From: Tubulanus polymorphus
Taxonomy: Eukaryota; Animalia; Nemertea
Reading direction: 5' to 3'
Assembly (NCBI RefSeq): GCF_964204645.1
Contig: NC_134026.1
Span: 22,478,150-22,542,149, forward strand
DNA length: 64,000 nucleotides
The translations under genes and the position numbers were made by a program. Position 1 is the stretch's first letter, and each line of letters starts with the position of its first letter. The notes under the pieces were generated by a model, which saw nothing but the letters and a program-made list of their open reading frames with translations, was not told the origin of the DNA and did not search any database. Of this stretch, positions 1 through 14,944 are shown in pieces.

Positions 1-84
1 TCAGAATAGGAATTTTCTTTCCACACCGATTAGAAAATCGGTTTGTTGAAGAATTATAGTGGAAGTTTTTTCAAAGTTACTTAC

Positions 85-139
85 TTGAAGTTGGTGGTGA
101 CAGTTTGTTCATATCGATTCTCTTTGAAACGTCCAACAT
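85..139 (-). CDS. Possible first coding exon (MLDVSKRIDMNKLSPPTS) of a minus-strand gene that continues out of the window
   Basis: Minus-strand ATG at 139, open frame to a strong GTAAGT donor at 84-79; TATA-like (~290) and CCAAT (~338-343) motifs upstream on the minus strand. No homology recognised. Confidence 0.3.
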
Positions 140-2165
140 CAAAATGCAGTGAGATTTTTCAATTTGGTATACGTATTCCGAAGATGAATTAAAAAACGTT
201 CTAATTCCACGAATTCTTAACGAGACCGCGACTGTCCCAGTCGAAGCCTGGTGCTATTGAAACGAAGTGTGAACTGAACAGGTCTTCATATAACCATACC
301 CCGCGTGGCTTCATTTGGGTTTTGAAAGCCAACAGCTGATTGGTTATAGTTTCATAATGGAGGGAAAGGCCTCATATTAATTGACAGTGGCTTCTTTTGC
401 TATTGTCATTGTGTTTGTTGTTCACATAGCTTTCTATTGAAATAGTTGTCAATTGTTCCCACCCCACCAACTAAAAGTAATCATATTTGAATGACTTGCT
501 CTAATATATGGTCAGAGAAGCAGTCAAACGGGTTCCTGATTTATCGTTATATTTCGTGAGCATAATTTATGCCAGTTTTAAGAGCGAAGTCGTCGTCGGA
601 AACAATTTCAAACAAACAATATATAAATTCATGACTTCATCATGGAAAACATTGCGGAAAACACTCACTAAATTACCTATTTTCAACAAATTAAGTGAAC
701 GCTCGCTCATTCATATTTCCATTCTTAATGATACTAGATATTTGAATTTCGTTTATGTAATAAACATATCTTTGTGTCAATTTATTATGCAAAATAAACT
801 ATAACTATAACTAATGAATTTCGTAAGTAATAGGCGTTTATTCATATTTACGATTGTATTAATTGGATGTTATGATTTCTAAAATTCATATTCGTAGCCC
901 ATCCGACAACTCAGGCTCCATATACTGAATGTACATTATCAGGTAATAAAGTTCTACAAAAGATATTAATAGAAAAGTATCTAGAGACGAATTCAGCCCA
1001 CATTGGTGGTCGGCAAAACACACTTGGTCGACTTTCCTCTGCGACATAAAACACTGAAATTATGCCTAACTATATCAGATAAATCGATCTGTTTCCAATC
1101 GATAGAATTGACCCAAATGTTGTTCTAAGCCGATACAAGTAATCGTTTTTTAATGGTGACGATCGTAAGTGATCTCTATTTTAATCAGCTTAATATGCGG
1201 CCGCTTTTACCGAAAGAGGTGTACCGCCCGAGGTCGTGTCTGATCCCATAACAGCATGCGCACAATTGAGCCATTTAAAGTTACCAACTATCTGTGACAA
1301 AACTAAAAAACCCACAGCCAGATAGAATAACTTTTGAAACGTTTTGTGATATAGGCAACTTGTTAATACGCGAATCCGGCGCCATATGGATTAATAAAAA
1401 GGTCATTGAAAGATGTGAAATAGGGAAAAAACACATCCCTCGGCATTTCTCATTGGGGACCTATTCTGATTATTTCTGGTTCAGATGGCAAGGGCTTGAT
1501 TCGAGTTGGCTGGGAAAATATTTGTGATGCTAAAATGGCGTTATGACGTCAAATTCCTTGTCGTCAAGACATGATGGAAACGAGAATTTTTTCTCTATGA
1601 AATATGAATTATCGGTGGGTATATTCTAAAGACAAGTTGTTCAGGAATGCGCCGATGTAAAAGAATGATTGTTTCTACGCTCAAATTGGGCACAGAAAAA
1701 TTAGAAAACACATTAAGATTTCCTATGTTATACATGCGTATCGATTATCATATATTTGTATATACTAGGCGATCATAAATTCACTGAACCAGTCTCATCC
1801 TAGCTTTTAAATGAGGAGTTAATTGTAATGCAATGTCGAGTGTTTGGGCGGAAGTATTCGTTTGATGAACGAGGAGCTATTCGATGTCGGACCGTACGCT
1901 TCTCAAACATTAGCCACTTTCTCTTCGTGTATCTGCTATAGCAATAACTTCGTAACGCGAGATCGCTGCCGACACCGTCACATTTGCATGCGTCTACTTG
2001 ATCTTTGCTGCAAATAGCACGATTTCCTCTTATTTGGTCATTCCGCAGTGAAAAGATTACGTGTCAAACGCTTATTGCTTAGCATCGCCATAGAACTCAA
2101 ATCAGTTTGATTTTGAGTTCATTGGAACATCGCCGATTTTTTGTCGCCATCCGGGCCATTCTTAT

Positions 2166-2334
2166 TGGTGGCCGATTCGGGTAATACTAAAAAAATGTCC
2201 TGCACGTTTGCATAAGCCCGTTTGTCGTTATTTTCTCGCTCGAGAATTACAAAAAATGGGCCCATGTAAAAAGTTGTTTTTTTGTGCCTCTATCTGTACA
2301 TATTTTTCTTTAGTATGGCCCGAATCAGTCACCA
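2166..2334. mobile_element. Short MITE-like element with ~30-bp imperfect terminal inverted repeats
   Basis: TGGTGGCCGATTCGGGTAATACTAAA at the left vs TTTAGTATGGCCCGAATCAGTCACCA at the right (reverse complements with a few mismatches); TSD unclear. Confidence 0.45.
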
Positions 2335-3325
2335 TACATTCTGGTGCAAAAATCATTTTTCTATATGTTGTTCGATACAGAATGACAAGCAGAAAGTAAC
2401 AACGTTCCAATGAACATATTTATATACGTATTGTTCAAGTGCTGTTAAATCATAAAAGATACCAGCGTCTTATGACGTCATTTTGTCACTAAAGAAGTAT
2501 ATACAAAAAGTGTCGTTTAGAAATTGCTTCAGGCTCAGGACGACGGCACCTTTGATACATATCTCACGTTTTTGTTTTTCAAATGATTTCGAGAGAGATC
2601 CTCGGCGAAATATTCTAGTGGCACTTACAATTCAACGGTGGCATCTGCCTGGCAGACACAAACTGCAGGCCAATGAGAAATCCGATCGGCCTACGTACAA
2701 TGTACAAACTATAGACAACACTGTCAACCGTCGCTTGCAAAGTTAAAAAGTTTCCTTGCGTACTTGTCATATATAGGAAGTGGCAAATTTTACAAAATGA
2801 CTATCAAAATGTTCCCGTGAAGTTGCCGTTAAGAACACTCGAGTGTAACGCGGCCTAAAAACTAACATCGGCGACTAATAGAAAATGGTGTCAAGACGAC
2901 ACTGGCTTGAATAGGAAGTAGAATCTATAAAACAGCACTTTAGAGACTACATGAGTGATCTTAACCGGCTATGTGGCGCTACAGCTCTCTAGTTCTATCA
3001 AGTTTTATCTATTGTAATTTGAATTTCAAATACGAGAGTTAAGTAACACGACAACTCGAAAACTCCCAGGAATACACCGGTGAATAGATGAATATTTCAA
3101 GATCGTAACAATTTCTAGATTTATATGACCAAAGAAAAAAATGAGTCTCCATAAAAAAAATTTTAATATTCTACGCGAGATTTAGATTTTCATACGTAAA
3201 AAATCAAACCGAGGACGTGCCGTAATTTTAAAATCATCAATGATGCGTAACGATGCAGAAGTAACGGTGAAATTACGGGCATCCCCATCGCGGACCGAGC
3301 CCGGGCCTCGCACAAAGAAAGCAAG

Positions 3326-3836
3326 CCTCTCCCTCTCCCTCTCCCTCTCCCTCTCCCTCTCCCTCTCCCTCTCCCTCTCCCTCTCCCTCTCCCTCTCCCT
3401 CTCCCTCTCCCTCTCCCTCTCCCTCTCCCTCTCCCTCTCCCTCTCCCTCTCCCTCTCCCTCTCCCTCTCCCTCTCCCTCTCCCTCTCCCTCTCCCTCTCC
3501 CTCTCCCTCTCCCTCTCCCTCTCCCTCTCCCTCTCCCTCTCCCTCTCCCTCTCCCTCTCCCTCTCCCTCTCCCTCTCCCTCTCCCTCTCCCTCTCCCTCT
3601 CCCTCTCCCTCTCCCTCTCCCTCTCCCTCTCCCTCTCCCTCTCCCTCTCCCTCTCCCTCTCCCTCTCCCTCTCCCTCTCCCTCTCCCTCTCCCTCTCCCT
3701 CTCCCTCTCCCTCTCCCTCTCCCTCTCCCTCTCCCTCTCCCTCTCCCTCTCCCTCTCCCTCTCCCTCTCCCTCTCCCTCTCCCTCTCCCTCTCCCTCTCC
3801 CTCTCCCTCTCCCTCTCCCTCTCCCTCTCCCTCTCT
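3326..3836. repeat. Perfect hexanucleotide microsatellite (CCTCTC)n/(GGGAGA)n, ~85 units
   Basis: Directly visible; explains the spurious SL/GE-repeat ORFs. Confidence 0.98.
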
Positions 3837-6800
3837 AAAGTTCAAGTACTTTATCACCCTGGACAGCTTAGTTATAGGAATCTTTCCAACGAAATTACCC
3901 AGTCAAATCACGCGTTCCACATTTTCAACGCAATTGAGAACTGGTATTACATATTTAACGATTTTCGAAGACCTTTCGCTAAATTGTCAAGTGTCCACGG
4001 CATGGGAAAGACTAACAGACCCTGTAAAATCGATCAAGTGGTCTATATACATACCGTATAATTTTTGCGGCCTTCTTAAGTCACAAGAGTTCTCGGGTGC
4101 CTTGCTGAATATTACAAACTTTTTTTAATCTAGTTATTATGTCATATATAAACCCTATACCACTTACTAACACCTACATAGTTTCACTGTTTCTGAAAAA
4201 TGGGACAAATTTCCATTTCGTGATTTAAATTTTAATTTGATCGCCAATTACTGAATATATGTGTTGTGTGTAAAGCTTTATGGGATACCTTAAGATCATA
4301 GAGATTGCAGTTTTTAAATACTGACCTACCTGAGTAAGCGCAAGTAAAGCCACAATGAACACGATGCCATTTTACACGTATCTGTTTTTCGTGCAATATC
4401 AAAAGTTTTCGGGATAAAAGCGAACAGTTTTAAATATTTTTTTTTCAAGTAGATCCAAAAAGGAGGGACACCCACACGCCCTTCTATTATGCTTCCAACA
4501 TGAATGAAAAATTACGTTTCATTAGATTATCAAGAAAAATGTAATTGTCACACTAGAGTAGAATATGAAGTAGGGCATAATCATAACTGTTTGTCAAGGA
4601 TAAATGTAAGGGTGAGGCTCATGGGCTTGAAGTCTACACAATGTGAATAACGTTTTGATGTAGTGTTTTTGATTCTCTGACGCTGAAAGTGGTCTTCGTC
4701 ACCTGAACACACAGGATAAATAGCCATGGTTGAAAATGCTGGCTTGGTGGATTGGCGATAGTCAATTGTTTAAAGTGCTTATACCAAAATAAACATTTTA
4801 ATTTCATACCACCGCATTTCGGCCCTCCACGCCGGCCACTTCTTATGATCCTTGACACATTTTTTAGTCATCATAAAATGATTTTCACACACCACTGTTT
4901 GTATGATGTTCACTTTGTCGCTGTCTGTTTGTAGACCGAACGACAGGCCTGACAATTCAAAAGTGACTGGAATTTAGGAAAATTTCAAGAGTAAATTTCA
5001 ACAGGCAGATGCCGAGCCCGGTTTCTCGTTCTCTTTTTTGTAAAAACCTACCAGAACGAATACTTGACATTGGCCGCATTTTGAGGGTTTTATTAAGATG
5101 GGGATTCATCCAGAATTTGGGTCAAGATTTGATCTATATGGTCGTTCAGCTCCTGGCGTTGATTAAATCTTAGTTTTTGCGTATACAAACGAGAACGGGT
5201 AAACGATAATTATAGAAAAACAGCCCGTTTTGTAACGTTGATAAACACCGTAACGCCAACAGTTGTTGTATGGTATTGTTGGCCTTCGGGTATCGTCAAT
5301 AGTATCTAACGAGTGTGATGCAAGGGATGATAATAGGTCGGACCCAGTGGCGGAATATTATGTCGTGAATGTATCCGCAATCACTCGTAATCCCTTAAAC
5401 AGTCAATTTGTCATTTGATGATCGGATGAAATCATTGATGGCACGTGAGCATCAGGGGTTCTATTGAATTGATTGCGCAGCCAGGTGAAAGGAGCCAGAT
5501 CGCCAATGGTCAAGTAACCGCGTGGACAAGTGGATTCTTTTTTCTCTGCGTGTCCCCAAAGATAGATATTTTGGCAAGCAACGTTGATTATTCAATTATT
5601 GCGGAATTCGCGTAACAAGTAGCGATATCGACAAGAGCTCGCGTGCGGTTTCTTTTTGTTCGGCCAAAGATAGACGAATCGGTAGGCAACGTCTGTCACG
5701 CCATACGCTTATAATTAAATACAAACAGGCGAAAACTCATTCTAAATATCGCATAATATGATATGCGTAAAATAGCCAGTATTGCGCAACCGATTTGAAC
5801 ATTTTAACGCGGGTATGGAATTTCGTTGAATTTAGTCACACAACTTCAGATGTGAAGCTAAATGTCACGAGTTTGGCGATAAATGTTGACTTAAACCGCG
5901 CGTTACCAGGGAGAAATTTTGTCCGCATAAAGACGAATTTAGATTAGCACCAACTATCTTACCTATACAGCCCCTTGATAGTTCGAGGTATGGCGCGTTA
6001 CGTACCAAATTGTGTATATTTTATTTTTTATCAAACGCACAATGGAATGGTTTGTGGTTTTAACCCATGGATTTATCAAGAGGATTAGAAGGAAGCTTCA
6101 TCAAATCTATTTTGTCCATTTTCTGAAAATATATTTTGGGATATCCGTTGGAATATTGATCTGGTGGGTTAAGATGAGATAAGTGGGCTAGGAAAGGTTC
6201 GTTCACCTACGTAGTAATAACTGATTGGGTGATTCCGGAAACCAAATCATTTCAATCTTCTATACCCGCATCAAATAATAAAACAAATTATCTGAAAACG
6301 TTGTATTAAATTTACACATTGAATTGATCTCGGCAGGGATTTCGTATCTCAATCGTCCGAATAATTGCCTACACTATAGTTCTATTCATTGGAACATATT
6401 CAATCTATTCATTTACCATTCTGCTTCTCATCTGGGAAGATTTGAATTGTTTCGATTTGAAACTTAACGGCTTTCACCTATGATACTTATACTAGCAATC
6501 AGAGCAAGCTGGACTCATCAAGAATATATCTGTATAATGATCATATACTATCCTTAATTTGGCAAATTGGCGTTTCCCCCAAAGGTGAGACCTAGCAACT
6601 TGCATTTTCTCATACTAACAGCCGATTCCATACTGAGCGATACAAATGAGGAATACACATGAATTATGAAAATGACAATCCGATAAACATGATCCCTGAA
6701 GGCAAATCATTACGGATTTTTGCTGTCTTATTCATTTTGTGGCTGACCCAAGCGTGATTTCACTGACCGCCAGTCGCAGTTTTTAATCCTCACCACAAGA

Positions 6801-9800
6801 GAAATCGAGTCAATAGAATACTGTGAATGAATATAATCACACGGAACTGTTTAAGGTGTCGCGTAAGTGACAATTTGACGCCAAACAGTCCAATCGTGCA
6901 AGAACGGGATTGAAGCGTTCCAAATTAACGTTCCAATTAAACATTTCACTCGATTCAGTTCCGTATTTCGCACGATCTCATGAAATGGCATTATTGAACG
7001 ATAATAAGCTTTATACTTTCAGCACTGAGATTTTCGCGTTTATGAGATTTGCCTTGCGTGTGACTTTCGGGTGATCATCCAACGGTTGGTTCTTCCTACG
7101 TATGTGTCACAAACAATAAGCTTTAAAAAATGCACATAAGTGTATGCATAAGCGTATATTTGCTCTTTTTGGGGATTTTAACTAAACCATTTTTTTACTT
7201 TATTTATTGACCAACCTGCCTCATTAGATATAACTGAATTTCCCTGCGATGTCGACTATGAGACGAAGTTACGTGACTTACGTAGCTTAGTAATTTAAAT
7301 TCAACTGAGGCAGGAAAACTGCGGAAAACGCCGGAACAGATAGATCCCCTTATCGTTTAAAAGCTTGGCAAACATTCGACACTATGTACTTCCGGACTGC
7401 ACATCACTTCTCAATTTCTGATGTTGTCGTCGAGAAAAGACGAGTCTGGATTTTTTCTAACAGCTAATTCCAAGATTGATTATCAAGCCACTAAAGTTTA
7501 TCCGATATACTAAGTCGACACATTCTTACGTGCGTTTCCCGCTAAGATAAACATTTCATAAGTAATCCATGCCAAAAATTGGAAAGAATTGTTGAAAATA
7601 TAGATCAGTGAAGTGGCCAAAACTTGTAGTTATATTTGATTATAATTGTAAGTTTCGGAGTGGACAAGTTGTACCTGATTCGTAGCTTAATGCATTTATC
7701 CGTAATAAGTTATTACTTGAATTGGGAAATGGCTTTGGAATAGTCTGGCCCAAATTCCCCTTCAGTCATTTTATCTACTAATGCTTGGCCGTAAAACAAA
7801 AGAAACAAATTACATGTAGTTCAATTGAACCGATCCTACCACCCTGGTAAAACTAGGTGTACCGTGGAAAAATGTGCGTATGAAATCTTTACGTCGAATG
7901 ACGCCGCCACACCACACCAGGTGATGAAACTTAGTATATTTCATGAGTGCCACACGTGCTGGAACCCAGGATTATAATATACCATCAAATTATTAAAAAA
8001 CAGACGAAACAACCCCGCTGTTCCGAATTTCTATGGAAGGACAAAAAACTCTTCCTTTCACCGGCGACGATCTCTCCTGGACATTATTCTGCGCATCTTA
8101 TTCTAGCCATCGTCGACACGGTAAAGTTCGCGTGACAATGAGGTCAGAATGCGTCGAATAGGCGTATATGCGCCGCATTCAGTGACCAAGTATATAATCA
8201 GAATCGGAATCAGAATTATTTTGGATGTTTCTTTTTACATAATCAAATCTGAATCAAGAAATTGCAGCTGCTATCGAATAGTATACGCTAGTACTCCAGG
8301 AGTTTGGTTGCGTGACATTAAATTCTGCGCCGTCGACGTGACAATGAAAACCGTGGGTACACTACGACAGCCAGGACCTTGTGCCAGATCTTTCATGGGA
8401 ATACCATCGTAAAAGTCGGCGGTTTTTTCGAGCAGGACAATGGCCTTAAGCGCGGATTATGATGAACTGTGATTTCGAGTTTAGTGTACTCGTGAACTGT
8501 TATCCAATCCCGATGAAATTGTGCAAATGAACCCATGTCCGTAATTCGCCTTCTATACGAAGCGCAAGTACTGTATTGTTCATCGGTTAATTAACCGAAA
8601 AGGGAAATTTAAATTTGTGCGTATAGACGGTCGTATATCGGCGAGACCCGGGTATATCGTAATTAGGCTTTCGTTCTCGACGCATGAAGCGTTTCATTGT
8701 ATGATACGGGATATCTGGTGAACAGTTGGTCGACATTTGCCGACGTGTTAAACAAGGAATCATTCGATATCATAATTATCACTTTCTGGCGCGTTGGACT
8801 GGTCTTAATAAAAATTGTCAGAAGACATTAAGCGATGCGCTTGATTTTTGTGAGAACATTTCGCCCGAGTCATTGTCTACGGCCGGTTCAAAGTCGGGCT
8901 GAATTTCACGCTGATGTTTACCTATTAATTATCGCCGATTTTGGTCGACCGGGTGAATTTATAATTGCGCGGATATCGGGAGAAAGTCGTCAGCAGTTAT
9001 TTTGCGTTTAAACAACGTTAAGTCGTTCTGATCGTTATTCTATCATTTCCAAATCGAACTTTTGTGCGAAAATCTCAAATTGTAGTAGTCTTCGGTCGGT
9101 GAAACTCATGTTTCATTCAACGCATTAAAATCAGCTACAATACGAAAATGATTTGTATCGAAGTCCACAAGCTACAAATCTGCAGTAAATTCCTTACTTA
9201 ATGACCAATCAAAGGCCATTTTATTTCTAAAATCTCGTAACTTAGACTTGTTGTTTAAAGATCTGAGGACATTTTGAATTTATTATATGCCTATGTGGCC
9301 CCTCCGCATGCAAGTTTTTAGATGAGACATGTCATGTAAACAATGTAATACATTTCAAAACGGTTTTTGCTCGTATGCTCATTCTTATTTTGAGTTGGAA
9401 TTGTGGTATGAAGCCCTGTGCTATTTTTCCCACGTGTATGACCACGATGGGGCTCAAAACTTCAAATACCACCACGCGTGTTATCTCCAGGGCATTTCGG
9501 AGTTGATAACTTATTCCCTTTGTCGAACACGGTAGGGTGACTTTTATCCAATATTTTCAAAATATTTTCGATGATAGTTTATCGGAGCGATAATTCTAGA
9601 AAAAAGCGCATAAAATACGAACACAAAGAAGATTTCGATATCGTGATGGTACCCGTGGTTTGATCACACGTGAGTATCGCAGCAAGATACCGCACGCGAC
9701 TTGTAAATAATGATATATTCAGTATTAAACGTATCGCCCTAACGAATCGTTATAGATTTCTAAACTTGCAAGAATGAAGCTGACTTTCTCGATTCGATGA

Positions 9801-12800
9801 CCACACCTGGAATGGATACCGTGCTCTGGGTGGCTGGATCTTCGATTCAACAGGTTACGAATCGTTGTTGCAAATAGATATGACGCGTCGTTCTTTTTAG
9901 AATAACGTCGTCGTGTCAAAATAAATACCGAAATCTAACACCGCAGCTATTAATCATGACAATGCCAGACATAGCGAAAGTACGGGCTTCCTCTATTGCA
10001 GACATGAAATGCGATTATTGACTCGTTTATACCACGTTAATTAAGTTAAGAGCTCTTTTAAATGGCGCTCCGTGTTGGAATTTCGGCACTTATTTTGACA
10101 TCTTTAAAAGTCGGATAGAGTCAACATGTTTTTGTGCCGCCAAGTACTGTTGACTTTTATGCGATACATGGTTCTGGTTAATTTCTTGCCTCTATACGTG
10201 ACCTACAATTTGCCATTCAAACCTTTCCGAATATCCTCTTTCTTCTCGATCGACGAGAATATGTATATTGTGTCAGTCAATTAGCAATATTTCCAGAGAA
10301 AAGAAATGTTAGCTTTTCGTAGTTTCACTCTCGGTCACGACGTCACAACGCCGGCGTGTCTATTGCGTCGTGTCTAAAGATTTACGGTTTAACATAAGAT
10401 TAGTCACGTTTGCTCATCATTTTGGTATGCGATTGAACTTTTCCAACAGAAAATCTAAGTCGGTGGTGAATGGGGTATAACCCAGGGAGGTGACCGACGC
10501 CTTGGCATCGCGGTTTCGGAAACTAACGGCAGAATTTATCACCACTATTTTATTGTTAAGATTCCCGTTGGGCATTTAGATTTAGAGGCAATCCCAATAG
10601 CCGACATGAAGAGGAGCTGAAATCCCAGTGCTAAGTCTTTGCGGGTGAAAACGGGCGTTGTCATCTACTGAACCGTTTGCGCGGCGTCGTGGTGCCGCCT
10701 GTTTATCAAATCGGGTTATTGCGGTAAATAGGGGTAAACAATACCAATGGCCCAAGACCTGACAGGACAGGACAGGTGGGACCTCAGGTGACAGTTTGAT
10801 TCGCTAAAATGAAAATCGTTATGACTGAACCGATGATAGGCGATTAAAAGACATGATAGACGATGAGAACACAAAGAACATATCGTAGTGCTTTCTGAAT
10901 ATATTATTCAAAAACAGGCGGTGCAACCAGGATAATCTAAGCTCATCTTCATGTGTTCTTCAAACTTTTGAAACTTTTCCTGTTGAATTACAAACTCCCC
11001 TCTCCACCTCCTCTCCCCTTTTGAATTCATCAGAATGCGTCACTTATTTTATATCACATCACATAGCCACATTAATCAATCTATTTGTCGTTTGAACTAC
11101 TTTTTGTTCAGAAGAATATGCGCCTACACGTACGTATATTCCGCCGTGCTTCACGTGTGCGCGCCACAAGACTCGCTGCGATGTAATCTGTGCGTGTACT
11201 GATGAAAAGCGTGCCTCATGTGGTGGCCTTGTTAAAAGTTTTCCAGGAAACGGTTTTCCAGGAAACTGCATCTGATTCAACTGCCAGGGTTTGTAAATGA
11301 TTCACGGACCGGCCGTGAAAAGCAGTGAATTTAATAGAAGGGCAGTGAAATGGGGTGTTATTAAAACTATGCACTACTTAAACTAAGACCTATGCACTTA
11401 GAGGTGTAAGAACTATGCATGACTAAAACGAAGTCCGATGAGCTATTGCACTCATTAGAAATCATCACTAGGGGTGGTATCTGTGTATTCAACCACCTCT
11501 GCTTATTAGTGTAGGCAATACCAGATATAAACAAATGCATGTGAAACGTAAATTGGTCGGTTTTCTCTGGTGCATATAGTCTTTTTATTTAGTAGTGCTT
11601 CGTTTTAGTAACACTTGTTGCTTAACTCAACGAATGACAAATTTCAAAATCATATTTATTCTCATACAACAATTATACAAAATGCCAGGATTGCTCGAGG
11701 AATTATAATGTAAGCTCCTCAAACACGTGGACTTTCAAAAAACAATTAGTCCAACCACCATAGGCGTATAAACTATAAATGAGTGTTTTATACGCCCCTT
11801 GGTCCAAACATAGACTCTAAAACAAAAAAGTCTATTGCCCAACCATGGACTCAATTGTCAATGGCCCCCACACTAAAACCAGAGATAAACCTGGTCAAAT
11901 ACTCTGGAAAGCGTAGGATTAATCAATCTGATTTACATTCTTTACATCATTTTATTTTCACATATCAAATTATTAACGTTTAGCTTATTTTCTCAAATTT
12001 TAATAGCAATTTTATTTCTATTACTATGTATGAAATTGTACATGTACTAACTTTAAAATCACAAAAGTTACATGTAAGGTATTTGTAAGTCTTTATATAT
12101 GATACATTTCCACTACAGCTGATTCATACAATTTGCATCAATGGGAAAATAACAAAAATACACAAAGAGTTGTAAACTTTGATCCATAAAACACCGAAAA
12201 AAGGACTAGTCTGAAAGTCTAAGATTATGAATTTGACAATTCATGAGGTCAATATAACCGACACTTTGTTATATTTCATGAAATATGAATCTATCATTGT
12301 CAACTTTTCAAACGACATCGAGATTGAGGACATCTTAATTATCAAGAAAAAACATTAAACCTACAAATTCACTCACTCTGGAAAGCGTAAGCCTATTTGC
12401 GTAAGTAATCTTAATTATTACTAGAAAACTAAAAACATTGCCAAATTTTCCTCGTCTTTAAGAGATTTCTTCAAACATTATCAACTACTTTTTCACAAAT
12501 GTTACATTTGAAACAAAGCAGGGTCTGATTTAGGCACTAGTCCAATTGCCCGGGACAAGTATATTTTCATTAGGGCATGAAGGTTATCATAATCACTCAT
12601 CCACCAGGCTTGTGTAATTCTATGTCTCAAAGCTTTTATCCCACTCGATGCAAGGGATTATTGTGTCACAATCGGACTATTCATGTAGAGCAAGTTGATT
12701 TTTGAGGGGGCACGTGATATAACATATATGCTTGCCTCAAGGTCACTCTGGAACTCTTAGTATCAATTAATCATTACTTTCACTAGAAAACTAGAATTTT

Positions 12801-13081
12801 GCCAACTTTGCCTTGTCTTAAAGATTTCCAAACACCTTGACATTACATACTAAGTATTCTGACGTTTTTCCTGGCAGCTTCAACATAATTATACAATCGG
12901 TAACTAATCAATAACATCAATAACTTAAGTTTATAGCTGTTTTGAATTCTTTCTAAAAAGTAAAATGTATGTACCAGATTTTAGATAGTAAGTCTACCCA
13001 TGTATAACAAGTAAGTCTACCCATGTATAACAATAAACAGTCACAGCAGTGATTGAGCGCGGCTAGTTGAAAGGACGGGTC

Positions 13082-13224
13082 GATCTTTCATCACAGTTAT
13101 TCAAAGCATTCTATCATATCAGTTATTTTTTTAAATGTTTTCGATTTAGTTAAGGTTTATGGTTATTTGTTTCGTTCATAATAACTGAGTAGATAGAATG
13201 CTTTGAATAACACCAGAAAAGATC
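13082..13224. repeat. Imperfect inverted repeat / MITE-like hairpin
   Basis: GTTATTCAAAGCATTCTATC (13096) is the exact reverse complement of GATAGAATGCTTTGAATAAC (13192-13211); pairing extends outward (GATCTTT/AAAGATC) and inward (CAGTTAT/ATAACTG). Confidence 0.7.
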
Positions 13225-14944
13225 TCGGGTTTCGCTATACTTAGGGAAGGTTGTTCGATAAATGAAGAACCTTGTTGATAAATATTTGAAAAAATGCCTT
13301 TTCATGTAAATAGAATATTAATTTGTTGTTTGTTTGTATGTTTGTTTGTATTGTTGTTTATTCTATTTATTATTTATTGGTTTTTTTTATTTTTTAGAAT
13401 TAATTTATGTACTTGTAGTTTGTAGTTTTGTATTATTAATACTCCTCTATTTACAACTGCAGGCATTTTTTCACTGTAAAGTTCTGGGCCCATTTTAAGA
13501 AAGCGCTACTGATTCTCTGCCACTCCTTAATAATCATTATACACCCAATTTGAAGCTAAGTGATTATTCATGAGAGCCATCTCGTGATATGGATTTACCC
13601 ATTACAATAAAAGAAGTTCAAACAGCTATAAAAAAATGTTAAAACGTTAAAAATTAGTCCTAGCTATAACTTTATGCCTTGTTATTCCTAGCTTTACCTC
13701 TCAAATGTAAATAATGGTCTCCTTTCAGATAAAGCTTTAGTTTTCAAGTACGTAGATATGATCATCAAACAGATTGATGGAGGCTTAAATCGAAATCTAC
13801 AATTCGTTTCAAATTTTTCAAATTGGTTACCTTCGAAAATATCAATGCCATCAAATTTGTACATCTACAATTCAGGAAATAGTTAATATTTGTACAACAC
13901 TGGTCTAATGTGATGTTCTGTTTCCTAACTATGTGATATCTGCACGGACAAATAGCCACAGTTGACTATGTTTAACTATGGTAAGTTGGAAGATTAAACT
14001 CACAATTCATGTTGAAACTATATCTCAGTTTAGGAGTTAACTCAACAGACCTACGAGTCAAAACTAGGCACTCAACACAACCATTTACCCCTAGTGACTA
14101 ACTTAACTTGACTTATCTATCAACCATGGATCGAAGACCAATATCTTGAATTAATGGAGCTTGGCTTTTATTAGACTCTCACATTGCATAAACATTATCA
14201 AATAGTTTCCTCGAAAACACTATATCATCCATCAGACTGGTTTGAAAAAGGCGATAAGCAAAAAATCAATACTTTACTACAGAAGTCCGCTATTGTTTTG
14301 GCCGCTCCTGGATTTCAGTGTTTATAACATGCACTATTATCTATGCTGCTCCTAATAAGATACACTATAGTCTTTGCTGCTTTTAAAACAGTGTTTATCC
14401 TGAATCAGTGTTTGAGATAATCCATAAGCTTTGTCGCTTGAATCAGTGTTTATAAGATTCACTATTGTCTCTGCTGCTCCTGATATTTAATGTTTTATAG
14501 AAATCAACCGCCGATTGTCGAATCCATCATTGAGTGATTAATCCAAAACTGGTTCCTCAACTTTTCATCTGGGCTTCTGCAGTTTTCATCAGCGAATGGG
14601 TCGATCAGTATTCATCTACTTGTGAGTGTCTTCTTCAGGCCAATTTTTCCGAGATGTAGTTTGGCTGAAACAAAGTGAAGAAAGCAAAACATTTCAGACA
14701 GATTTATCATAATTTACTTGTCATTTCAAATTACAAGCCACCCTGTTTTACACAAAGTAAAATTCATTGACGTCAATTGCTGATTTAAACCCCAATAATT
14801 AATTGCAGTAGTAGGACTAGTTCATCACTGTTTAAGACTAGTGAAGATAAAAGTTCAGCCATGTGGACCACCGGTAAATAGATGTTGATGATAGCCCACT
14901 TATGAAATGATATTCATATGAGGACTGAAATTTCTATATACAGG

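Noticed and set aside
3240-4061. 273-aa SL-repeat and 194-aa GE-repeat ORFs
   Set aside because: Artefacts of the stop-free hexamer microsatellite; no splice or homology support.
3122-4150. Possible TIR element enclosing the microsatellite (TATATGAC...GTCATATA)
   Set aside because: Only 8 bp of AT-rich complementarity; insufficient.
4860-4920. Minus-strand VVCENHF resembling a THAP-domain motif
   Set aside because: The upstream C-x-C and W residues and an open frame are missing; likely chance.
12544-12566. Partial similarity to miR-92 (ACTTGTCCCGG on the minus strand)
   Set aside because: The seed region does not match and there is no precursor hairpin.
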